Part shown: one piece after another, positions 1 through 11,086 of the stretch
Layout of the letters: every line of letters begins with the position of its first letter
Position numbering within the stretch: position 1 is the stretch's first letter
Source of the DNA: Phoronis australis
Lineage: Eukaryota; Animalia; Phoronida
Length of the DNA stretch: 64,000 bases
Direction: 5' to 3'
NCBI GenBank assembly: GCA_002633005.1
Contig: NMRA01000139.1
Coordinates: forward strand, 814,075-878,074
The notes under the pieces: model-generated
Told to the model about the DNA's origin: nothing
Database searches by the model: none
Seen by the model: the letters and a program-made list of their open reading frames with translations, nothing else
Translations under genes and position numbers: made by a program

Positions 1-642
1 TGCCTATTATGGCAGTGGCGGGTCTAGGACGTGGCAAGGTGGGTGTAACGGGGCTCGATATAAACCAAACTGCTGGTAGCTATATCAAACTATTTATTTC
101 GCAGATTTCAATCATGTAACAAATAAAACAATATTTACAATGGGATAAAACCAGTTACAACTCACGGTAGATGATTTCCATACTAAAATTAGCTTTGCCA
201 CATGACATGTTCAGTGAAACTCACAGTTAGCAATCTATTACCACACAGTTTACACATACTAGAATATATTAACAACAATAAGGCAACACCTATTGAGTCA
301 ATGTGAGTTATATGATCCTCGGCTACCTTTTGATTAAGGATTCTTGAATGAAATACAAAATTAGTACGTATTACTAAAGTGTCAACAAAATAGAGCCACA
401 CCCAAACGGAACAACATGGCCGCCAATCATTACCCGTACAATCTAATTCATCAAAACCTGATTTCATCTCATGATATATGATAGAAAGCACAACAGACTG
501 GACTTACATGACGAGTTCCTCATATAGATATTAACAACATCAGAAGTATATAAATTACAAATCTCACCTAACATGGCAAACAGCTGCTCCAATATACAAC
601 CTTTCCCATACACTGCAGAAACAATAATGCCGTCAAAATCAG

Positions 643-1200
643 GGCCCGGTCTCCAATCTCCGTACTCAGACTCATACTCATACTCGAGATTTCATACTCA
701 AAATCGTGCTCACTGGAGTCATACTCAAAAATTCGTATCTAATGTCGTATTTCGAGTAGACTCCAAACGTACTCAAATCTGACACTCATACTCGAGTTGC
801 TATGGAACTCTTTATGATGTGAAATGCAAAATCACGCAAAGCCGCGCTGATTCATCGCTCACTATTGGAATAGACCACCCCAGGAACTAGGCCTACATTA
901 TCGTCTGCTGTCGCTACAACTACAAGAGTATGTCTATAGCGTGGAATTCTGAGTGTTCTGTAACTGTTTTAGTTTCAATAAATATTCTTATGCCATTTCT
1001 TTGATACATTTGGCAATTATTAAGCTTTACTTCTTGAGTTCCTCACCCAGTCCCGNAACTGAGTACGTGCTCGAAATTTGGAGTACAGATTTTTCGAGTA
1101 TGACATTGAATACACCAAAGCTGAGTCTGTACTCGAGTTGAGTATGAAGTGTGAGTTTGAGCATGATTCGAGTCTGAGTACGGAGATTGGAGACCGGGCC
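643..1200. mobile_element. MITE, PIF/Harbinger-like, with internal ACTC/GAGT sub-repeats
   Basis: 31-bp perfect terminal inverted repeat GGCCCGGTCTCCAATCTCCGTACTCAGACTC at 643 with its reverse complement ending at 1200; CAG duplicated on both flanks (640-642, 1201-1203). No coding capacity. Confidence 0.85.
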
Positions 1201-1728
1201 CAGGTCAGGATTGGTACCTCTGTTGGAGTGAACATAGAACCGGCATGAGCTAGTTACCCACACATCTACTATTTGAAATTACCACCCACAACAATGCCCC
1301 AACAAACCAGCAGCTACGAATGGTCTATCGGTGACACTTCCGGTGCCCCAAGCCAGAGAACCTTGGTTCAAATCCCGATGAACATTACTAATTTCTAAAA
1401 TATATAAAATACAACACTATCATATAGGGGGCCAAAATCATTTTGAAGAAATATGTAAACTGACCGCCCAAAAGCATGTTGAAGAAATTTGTAAACTGAC
1501 CGTGGTATGTGTTTGCATTGTGTTGTTTATCATTTGGTCGTGGGACTGACCAGGCAGAGAAGTCTTCCTATGGACTTGCAATCTCCTATTATAATATACG
1601 TGGATAACATGTATTGATCTTAGATTGATTCTTTGACCTTGTATAAATGTGGAGAAATGTAAGCAAAGTAATTGACTTTCGCGTGAAGTGTTTTTAACCT
1701 TTGACAAGTAGAGTCTACATGTGTTTAG

Positions 1729-1944
1729 TTGGCCGCTTACACAATTTCGCCGTGTACGTGGTGCAAGCAGGCAGACCTGAACGACATTTATGTTACCACT
1801 TCCACGGGGTGTTTCCACCCGGTACCCGACTTCTGAAGTGCAAGGACGACACGCCAGAAGCCGCATTGGTAGAGATTAAGCTTCTTTCTGACAAGAAAGA
1901 GATACTTACGCTATGCGAAGTGGCGGTTTTTGACGCTTATCCAG
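1729..1944 (+). CDS. Receptor A exon: C-terminal half of F-type lectin (fucolectin-like) domain
   Basis: GRLHNFAVYVVQ...HLCYHFHG...LLKC...VEIKL...ILTLCEVAVF has the LTLCEV C-terminal signature of F-type lectin domains; tttag/GTAAGC boundaries. Confidence 0.85.
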
Positions 1945-4900
1945 GTAAGCTGAGGCACGAGGAACATACATTGGATTTATCAAACAGGGTGCCACCGGTT
2001 TTAAAAAAGATGGTCGAAAGCACTTGCCTAATAATGAAATGAAGTGCACATGCTCGACACGTGAATTTCCGGATGTTATTTGCATTTGACGAATTGGCGA
2101 CAGGTCAGAAAAATTCTCACTTCGTTTTTTTTCCTTTCAAAATTACAATCACAAAATAGAAACTTATGCGATAGATAGCTAACGGAAACGTTCTGAAAAG
2201 GGAATATTCGATGTTATACAAGCCACTTTTTGATAAAAATCCTCTTGTCAATTGAGACACATGTTGATCCCAAACTCGTCATTATCTGTACGGAACAGTG
2301 ACACGACGGGGAAACAGACCACCAGCAAGTGGTCTTCTGACATGTCAAGACCATGTAACCACCGACAATTTCCATTGCTTAATTTTAATAAGACGTAGAT
2401 TCGCTTTGCAAAGAGGCGTTATATTCGCCTTTCACATAGGTCCGATTGAAAGTCACTTATAGTCCAAAATTGATCTAAGTTATGACCGAAAAGACCGTTT
2501 CATTAACAGAAATTTTGTTTTGCTAGTCGGTCTTATAGACAGAAATTTAGTGTTTTTTGTGGCATCGATGAGCGTTAAATGTACGCACTACGCTTTCGCC
2601 AACTGTTGCGAATTTACGATAATAAACGAGCCGGTGGGCAAAATACTGTTTAACGAATAATCTTGGTTTTGAAGTGAATGTTAAATTACTGATATCGAGA
2701 AACGAAACTAAATATCATGTACGCAAGTGACCTGTAGTTGACAATGAATTTCCGTGAGTTCGTTACACTGTTTATTAAATGCTGCTTGGCAGGTCGCTGA
2801 GCAGCGATGCGAAAATCTTCAATACGAAGGTTTATATAACAGCCTGGGACACCTTAAATGTTTGTCAACCTGATTCCCAATTGATCCACGGATTGAGGCT
2901 GATTCCTTGCCGTCTACGGTAAAGCGAAATCTTCGATGCTTGTGGATATCGTAGAGGGAATTCCAAAATCTTAAGCACTCGATCCTTTCAATAGAATATT
3001 GCCTCTCCTAGAATAAACTGGTGCTTGCAAACCACATCTTTCATACCAGAGTAAGATATAAGAGATTATGGTTGTATTTATAGGCTGGTACAGACCAGGC
3101 ACCCAAGTAGTCGAGAGCAAAGTTGACGTCACCTTTAGCGGTGAGTTGTGCCAGCCTCGCGGACCAGACACCAAATATTGCATTATGGTCGCTAAGGGAC
3201 AGCCTGTAGACGTACCTCACTGTCCGACTTACACCAAGTTCGAGAGGTGCACCATACCTCCGAAAATCGGTATGCATGGAGGTTTTTAAAGTAGTTTTCC
3301 AACAAAAAATGAACGACATCAAAGTTTAAGAAAGTTTTAATGCACGAGTGGGAGATTTAATATCCATATCTTTGCTACAAAATATCCATTTTACTCTATT
3401 TTAACTTCTTCAAATTGTTTATCGGTTTTAAGCGCGTTTATGTATTGGAAATCTGCCTGTCTTTTGTCCCATATATCGAAATCACTGTTGTTGAATCTGT
3501 GAACCCCGGGGATAGTTTCAACAGACGTAATTAAGGCAGGCCTACCACAGTTACCGGTGCAAATTCCAAGAAGCAAAAAGCGCAAGTTTTTTACAAGCGC
3601 TCTGCAGCACAAGATTATCTGAGACATGTTACTCGCTATAGTTCATAGACACATTGTCATAGAAACGCACCGTTAAAATGAGTTTGTCAAGGGACAAGTT
3701 TATAGCAGCTCACCACAAAATCGATGAATTCGAGAGAATTGGCGATTGGCGAAAAAAAGTGGATATGCGCAACGACGTCAAATTCAATTATGGCACGAAC
3801 CAACTACAGCACCTTTCGAACGCGTCAGGAACTTTATGTTATTGGTACATGTAAGTGGTATGGGCTCGAACAGTGTAAATCTTGTGTAGAGCATTTTGTC
3901 GATGTTTTTGTCCACTTTGTTCTTTCTTCTTCAAAATAATTTATAATCAGACAACATTTTGGAGTGTATTTTAACATGGCATGCAAGAAATACACAGGTA
4001 CCGTAAGATATGAAATAGAATGGGACGAAAATACTTAAACGTGTCCACTTAACATAGGCACGTGTTTGCTATTGCTCATGCAGATTTCATTACTGGATGT
4101 GAGTATATATACTTGTAGGATAAGCACAGGCCTTCATTTAATCTACTAAAAACACCTAAAATCGTGTGTTGTTTCAGATGACTTCGAATACACATTGGCT
4201 TGGAACGAATGGAGTCCTTGTTCGACAACATGCGGTGAAGGCGTCCGTCAAAAAGAAGAAATTTGTGAAGAACCGGAGTTTTTGGGCACGCCTTGCCCGA
4301 GAGATTACAAATCAACGAAAAAAACGTCAATCTGTTCCTCCTCGCCTTGCCCTTCGAGTGAGTTAATAACAGTTTTATTAGTTCCTAGAGCTCATTTAAA
4401 CATATCATGTGTTATTAATTGTAAAAGACTACTAAAACACTTAATAGAAAAGTCTTCTACCTACGACCATCAGCGAATGTGTACATGCGCGGAGTGAAAT
4501 CGAGTTCATGTTTGTTCGTCAAGCTTCGATTCCTTAAGTTTCTGTTCCGCGCCACCAGCGGTCTCGATCCTTAACCGCTCCCCTACACTAGAGCACAACT
4601 GGTGTGAACATTTTCGTCCGGGACCAAACGTCACGTTCCAAACAGCAGTTAGGATTGGCGGTTACATGTCCGGAACGTGGAGTTAAGGAATCGATACCGG
4701 AGTTCAGATCCGGATCGTTTCTACTAGCAGGAATTTACTGTCAAGTTAAAGTTTTGGAAGTGAAATATGTGCACTTGAGTTTCAACAAACACGTGAATAT
4801 TTCAGCGTCGAAGATAGAGTGACATTTCATGTGAAGTTTTCAAAAACATTTCCGTTCGTCACGGAGGTCATTATAAACATAACTACGACTGTTCTTCACT

Positions 4901-7900
4901 TGCATAACACACAGTATAGCCGACAACAGAAATTATGTTTTGTTAAAGCTCTCCCCGGAAGTGAGATTCAAAACGTTTTAGTACATTGTAAGCACGGATT
5001 GTGGCTTGATGTCATAGAACAACATTTCCAGGACCTCCGATTAGTTGTAAATGTTAATAAGCCACTTTGGCCGATGTTTTTGTTCGAATTAACTGGAGGA
5101 TCACAATCATTTTTTGACAAAGGGCGATGTGGAATATCAGTGATTTACGGATACTCTTTACTTAATTGTCTCCCGCAGTTACTTTGAGTAAGAGATATTC
5201 ATCCCGGCATTCATTCAGCTCTTCATGAATCTTCCAACCATCCCTCTACACACTCACGCATACGGCCACTCAATTACGTGTATGCACCCTTCAAATCAGG
5301 TGCCTGAAATCAAATCTCACCTCTGCTCGTTGTAAATAATGGCCTTAGGTTATGGAACAATTCTAGGGCCATGCCTATAAATTCTAGACACGATCCCCTA
5401 AACTCTTATCCGCGGTCTAACTAACACTAAATCTCAAATCCTCACTACTAAACTCGAAAAAACGAGCCTGAAATGCCACTGACCGGTGATCAAATTCCTT
5501 ACTTATGTCCAGAGGACTGATCTTCAGACCCGGTCCCACGTGCATGCCAGTAAGAGACTTTGGTCTGGAAGGTCGTAGATGGATTTAAAAGGCGATGCAA
5601 TGGAATTGTTTCCTCTCCCTTGCTCGAATAGTAATTTACAGGTCAGTTCTCATCACTCATTTGCAGGTGTGAAGGCATATCCCGGAAATGTTGGTTCCGT
5701 TAAGGACACAGAAGAACAAACGCACAAAAGAGGGTACACGAACGGCAGCACGACGCCGATCAAACAAACTCCGCCAGGTACACGTATATTTTGCTACACT
5801 TTCATTATGCGCAAGCATATAATGGTAACACCGACGTAATCCAGAGACCAGTTTCATGAAAACTGACTTAAAGACTTAAAAACTTTGACCAACCACTCAT
5901 CAGCGGTTAAGGCCGAAGTTCGGTTTATATTAATAAAGAAGATGAAAACTCCAAAAAGACCTTTTCATGAACACAAAGTCGGATTTTTGTTATTCGGCCT
6001 AACTTAAACATAAACTTAATCTGTTTTCGACATAGGTGAGCATGGAAAAAACACCATCGATACAAGTTTCAAATTCACAAAGCAAAAGTCTAAATCATGA
6101 TTTACTTACATTTTGGATACCATTCGGATCTCGTTTGCCTGCGATCGGATTACCCACGTATGACGGGGAAAATATCATTGCACATACATGTACATGTATG
6201 CCGGTAGGAAATATCATTCCACATACTTGTATGCCGGTAGGAAATATCATTGCACATACATGTATGCCGGTAGGAAATATCATTGCACATACATGTATGC
6301 CGGTAGGAAATATCATTGCACATACATGTATGCCGGTAGGAAATATCATTCCACATACTTGTATGCCGGTAGGAAATATCATTGCACATACATGTATGCC
6401 GGTAGGAAATATCATTCCACATACATGTATTCCGGTAGGAAATATCATTGCACATACATGTATGCCGGTCGGTCGCACTCCAATATATCTACAGCCTTCG
6501 ACGGTTATCGAATCGAAAGCAGACGACCTTCAGTTTGGCAACGTTAAGGAAAACAAGAACAAAACCATACGATGATAAAAGAGAACACAGTAACACGACA
6601 ATTATATACAAACACATTTCAATAAAAGAAAACAAAACGAAAATCTCAGCGTAAATACATGTACTAACGCAGTACTGTTCCTTGTTACGACATTTAAATA
6701 TAAAGTAACTAAGATGTCTAAGTAATATACAAATGCAGAGTTGCAGTCGTGATTTAAAACGTGACAACCATACAATAGTAAGCTATGTGCCTATTACTAA
6801 ATTTTGGAAATGTAACCAGATATAATCGTTGAAATGCAGAGGCATTAGATTGAAAATCATAAAGTCATTTAAGGTTAAATATTAAGTCAGTTGGTACATG
6901 TAAAGATCGGTACAAATGAATGTTTGTAGGTGTTCTTTTTTCTTGTCTTCTTTATCTATTTATAATATCTTATTTATAACCTACTTCATGCGTACTTAGT
7001 ACGTATAAGTACTGAACATCGATGAAGAATGCTGTCAAATTTTTCCAAAATGTACAATGAGGTGTTTCAACTGTTGATTAGATAATAAACACCACTCATA
7101 ACAATAACACTGTTTTGTGCCCCTCGTCGATTATAAGATACAGAGATATCAGTACAATGAATGCACGTACTAAGACTACTCTCAGTAAGGGAGACTTGAT
7201 AAAATGGAAACAATTTAACCAGTTCTTCGAATTGTGACATCCCGCAAGCCCGTGGCACCACGATCCACTAATATTATTAACTGGTTAACTAGTTTGATAT
7301 TTAAAGATTGAAAGGTTCATCTGTTTCAAAATATTCCCAACAGTGTACAGGTAACTGAAGCAAGTTCAAATTTTCATTTAGTCCGTGTTTGTCAACATTG
7401 CTAAGGTTTTGCTAAATTGAAACTCGTACTGCAGTGTAGTGACGATGTCGTCCCTTTCTTTGCAAAAACTTAAATCGTGCAGCATTTAGTTTAGCCAAAA
7501 TATTAGCTCTCAGAGGGCTGAGTAAACATGGAAACTGCTTTTTCCAGACATTGCGATTTAAACATGAATCAGAATGAATTCACAAGATGTGGTAAAGTAC
7601 TTATTGAATTTACTATAAATGTCAAATTATCGTGGGTTTCACTTGTTTTTATCTGTCTGCAACAACGACGAATCAAGTCGTAAGTCATTGTGTGTTCATA
7701 TATTTTAACCTAATGATGTCATTTTAAGTGTGAGTGTCTTGAATGACAGCCAATCAAGTGAAGGTTTTTCACGAGTTCACAGCAAGGGAAACATGCAAAT
7801 GGTGTGGTGACAAACTAAAACCAAAACGGCGAACCTTAGAATGAATAAAATCGTTGAAATGCTTGATTCAAGTGCAGTTATATTCACCTTATTATTGATT

Positions 7901-10249
7901 GATATAAACGCATATGAATGAGCCTAAAGTGGCATATCGGCGTCAAATGTGTGTATCAACGACTCCTGGCGTGCGTTCAGTAGACGCTAGGACCTACATG
8001 TACGCTAGGACCTAGCTAAAAGCTAGCCAAAGTCACGTGTTCTCATTCAAAATGCACGGCAATATCTCACGTAATCTCGCGAAGTCTTGCTTTTTAGCGA
8101 GGTCCTAGCGTTACTGAACGGGAGGCTGATTTCACATTGATCAGGGCCGGAAACCGGACTCAATAATATGCAGGTCTATTTTTTCTTGTCTGTGGCGTGC
8201 TAGTCATAACGAATAATGAAACGATATTTGGTTCCCAGAGGATCGGTCACAGATGGTGAAAGACGAACAGGACACTTCTTCAGCGTTGATACCAGTTGTG
8301 ACAACTCTAACCGTACTTATTGTCTTAGGCGGTCTAGGTTTCTTCGTTTGGTACCTTCGGGAAAAGACAAACAGGTAAATTGTCAACTTTGAGTTTGTGC
8401 TCTGGAGAATTCGCTATTCAGAGTAATGGTATGGAGGGCTTTTTTTTCCAATTATATCACTTTCAGTCCCAAATCGTGATTTTGAGTGTCATGGCGTAGT
8501 GAGTTTCAACGTTGATTCAATCTTCAAAAATGTCTTTGTTAACTAGGTTACGACTGCTTTAACCTTCTTGTCAGTGGATGGGTGCATGGCCGCTTGACGA
8601 TATGATTCGTTTATCCATAAGTAAAGGTAGAATTACTGTAGCTCGGATGCTCCTTGGCGTCAAGGAAGAGGTACATGTAGAAGTGTATTGAGAATTTCTA
8701 GAAGTTGCATAATTTGCTTGATCATCGAGCACTTCATCTGGATACCTGGTATTGTTCTCACAACCTCTAAAATCGTACTTCACGTGGGTGTCAACCATGT
8801 CTATATCCTTCTTGGTTACTAAGCTGAACCTGTGTTTCATTCACTTTATTGTTATTTAAGGAGTAACAAAGAGCGTTCTTTAATGGGCAATGCAATGGAA
8901 ACAGACACCAAAGAAACTGGGGGAAACGAAGAACCACCACCAACTGATGATGATGGCAACTCTCCCCCTGGTGAGAGTAATGGTGTGTCGACACTTAACT
9001 TTTAAAGTCTGCACACTAAGATGTGCTTGACCACTGGATATCCCATTGTCTATGTGAATGGCACGTGCTAGCTGAATCTAGATCATGTCTCATAAACAAG
9101 ATACATTTATTTCTTATCGGTATTGCTAACCTGATTACCGTTTATAAATACGCTTTCTCAAAATGTTATCCCCTTTATGGTAAAATCACGGCGTTCATAA
9201 CAAAGCAGTTGCCTTAAGCGTGCAATAAATGAGAAAATTGATACATTTATTTTATTTGTTTAACAATTAAACCAACCATCCATTCTTTAGGGAATGGTCC
9301 ACCTGCACCTTCTTGCGAAGCAGATGAACAGCATCCTCTAGGTATCCTTTCTTCAGTGTGTGAGACTGCCGCACCATCTGTCGATATAGAGGAGAGACGT
9401 CTTCTCGGCCAGTCGTTCGCAAGAAGGTGGAGAAAGAAGAAGAAGAAGAAGAGGATGCATCATTACTATGAAGCAGTCCGTCCTGGGGAGATAATCGTGC
9501 CGCATCAAAACCAGATGATCCAGAACTTCGGTGCTGGTTTCGAAAGATATGGCACAGGAGGTTATGGAACACCGCAACCAATTTACGCCCAACCGTACAG
9601 CACATTTCCAACACAACCAATTTACGGAAACCTAGCACAGCCGATTTATGAGAATGTAGACGGTACGATATATGGAAATGCTCCGCAACAAACCCCATCG
9701 AACAATAACCACCGTTCAGGTCAACGGGATGAGAATGTATCTGCCTCGCTTTCTGCAGGGGATGAAAATGAAAGCACTGGAAACAAGTTAGATTCGGATA
9801 AAAATTATTTTAACGGCGAAAACGAAAAATTCCATCGGGTGGCCAACAGCTTCAGGATAGCCCGGATTTTGTCACAGCAAAGCAGAAAACTAGAAAGTGT
9901 TGCGCCAGTTGCAGAAACCGGTGATAATACTGATTCTGAATCGGAAAACGACGGTTTTGAGACGAGGAATTATTCTGAGACAAAGAAGACTTTTTCAGGA
10001 CAATTAGATCGGTATGCTAATGTGCAGGAAGACCAGTCACCCAAGGAAATCGACGAAAACAGAAGCAAAAAGCATGCTCGTCAGAAGCGGAAGGATGGCG
10101 ATAAACCTACTGTGAGTCGTAAAGTAGAAAAAGTGATTAAAAAACGTACACCTCAGAAGAAAATAACACGGAAATCTCCCCTCCGAAAAGCTCTCAAGGT
10201 GACTAAACGCAGGTCTCCTGTTGGACGTCTTTTCAAAAAGAAACGTTAG
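1729..10249 (+). CDS. Receptor A (5'-incomplete): type I membrane protein with F-type lectin C-half, kringle-like module, TSP1, TM and basic/Tyr-motif tail
   Basis: Exons 1729-1944, 3084-3269, 4178-4357, 8239-8374, 8861-8970, 9291-10249, all AG/GT bounded with compatible phases 1,1,1,2,1 and no internal stop. Exon-for-exon homologous to receptor B. Signal-peptide and first lectin exons not found in the window. Confidence 0.85.
3084..3269 (+). CDS. Receptor A exon: degenerate 4-Cys kringle-like module
   Basis: TFSGELCQP...KYC...PHCPT...FERCTIP aligns with kringle motifs TxSGxxCQxW / NYC / PWCYT / EYCxIP; phase 1-1 exon. Confidence 0.75.
4178..4357 (+). CDS. Receptor A exon: thrombospondin type-1 repeat
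   Basis: WNEWSPCSTTCGEGVRQKEEIC...PCP...C...PC: WxxWxxCSxTCGxG signature, 6 Cys. Confidence 0.9.
6168..6469. repeat. 33-bp minisatellite, about 9 copies (GGTAGGAAATATCATTGCACATACATGTATGCC)
   Basis: Directly visible tandem array in an intron of receptor A; it explains the repetitive ORFs at 6036-6575. Confidence 0.95.
7969..8125. mobile_element. Short PIF/Harbinger-like MITE, copy 1 of 3
   Basis: Subterminal inverted repeat CGTTCAGTA..CGCTAGGACCT / AGGTCCTAGCGTTACTGAACG; CTG duplicated on both flanks; homologous to 17353-17502 and, inverted, to about 24285-24415. Confidence 0.8.
8239..8374 (+). CDS. Receptor A exon: juxtamembrane and transmembrane segment
   Basis: Translates KDRSQMVKDEQDTSSALIPVVTTLTVLIVLGGLGFFVWYLREKTNR: a hydrophobic helix followed by basic residues. 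Not in the ORF track; cccag/GTAAAT boundaries. Confidence 0.85.
9291..10249 (+). CDS. Receptor A last exon: disordered cytoplasmic tail with poly-Lys, QPIY repeats and a basic C-terminus
   Basis: Acceptor ctttag at 9290 is in frame with ORF 9356-10249; preceded by the 110-bp exon 8861-8970. Confidence 0.8.
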
Positions 10250-10666
10250 GACGACGAAATACGTACCGGACTGCTCTTGAATCAGATCAGGTACCCATAT
10301 AGATAATGTGTCCGGACACTAATAGCCCGTTAGCTATTCTGGCGGTAATAGATGCACCATTATGAGACGATGATGACTTGTACTTGTACTTGAAGGGACA
10401 CAATTTGAGGTAGGCTTACACCTGATGAATACGAGGTACGACATCCACCATCGTTGGATAATGATTATCCCATGGCGAAGTAGTTATCTCCCGTAATCTA
10501 GATCCAGAGTGGTTTTTGGAGAATTATCGCGCGAGGATGGTTTGCCCTGAGGGCGATAATTCTACAAAATCCTCGAAGGCTCTAGATAACGAAAATAACG
10601 GCTGAGAACATGTAATAGTGTAATAATACCACACAAACTGACTGTACTTCGGGAGCAAGTTTTCTG

Positions 10667-11086
10667 TTATACAGAATTTGTTGAATGCACGACACTTTTC
10701 ATTGTTCAGGGTCTTTATTCCGTTGCGTTCATACTTTCTGAACAAAACTCTACTCTCTACTGAACATAGATACAGTAACACTTGTTTGCGTGACTTTCCT
10801 GTTACCCCAATTCATTAGTCATTCTTTGCAGTATTTCACACCCGCCGTGTCTCACTGTGTGTGTCGTCAGCTTATACTCTGTGATGGCATTACTGCGTCA
10901 TTTTATCTTCACTTGAGAATGAAACAAGTATCTTTCGAAATATCGTGTGTCTTTTAATTATGTCGCTAGGTCAGTTACAGTATCTATGTTCAGTAGAGAG
11001 TAGAGTTTTGTTCAGAAAGTATGAACGCAACGGAATAAAGACCGTGAACAATGAAAAGTGTCGTGCATTCAACAAATTCTGTATAA
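10667..11086. mobile_element. Foldback-type MITE with 113-bp inverted arms
   Basis: 10667-10779 is the reverse complement of 10974-11086 with 2 mismatches by manual comparison; TA-rich termini (TTATACAG...CTGTATAA). Confidence 0.85.

Noticed and set aside
189-491. ORF with CKLC...H, resembling a LINE C-terminal zinc knuckle
   Set aside because: Too degenerate and no reverse-transcriptase motifs nearby; cannot be supported.
1314-1385. tRNA-like A box (TGGTCTATCGG) and B box (GGTTCAAATCC) at tRNA spacing; similar B boxes on the minus strand near 12185 and 15190
   Set aside because: Acceptor and T stems do not pair, so not a tRNA gene; at most decayed SINE heads.
5513-5641. Possible extra exon of receptor A between TSP1 and TM
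   Set aside because: Stops in the required frame; the TSP1 and TM exons already join in phase, as in receptor B.
6036-6575. Four overlapping repetitive ORFs and a superficially CRISPR-like periodicity
   Set aside because: By-product of a 33-bp head-to-tail minisatellite with no unique spacers and no cas genes, in a eukaryotic intron.
9267-9698. Minus-strand ORFs overlapping the receptor tails (also 37014-37679) and plus-strand ORFs over esterase exons
   Set aside because: Antisense shadows of real coding exons with no independent protein features.
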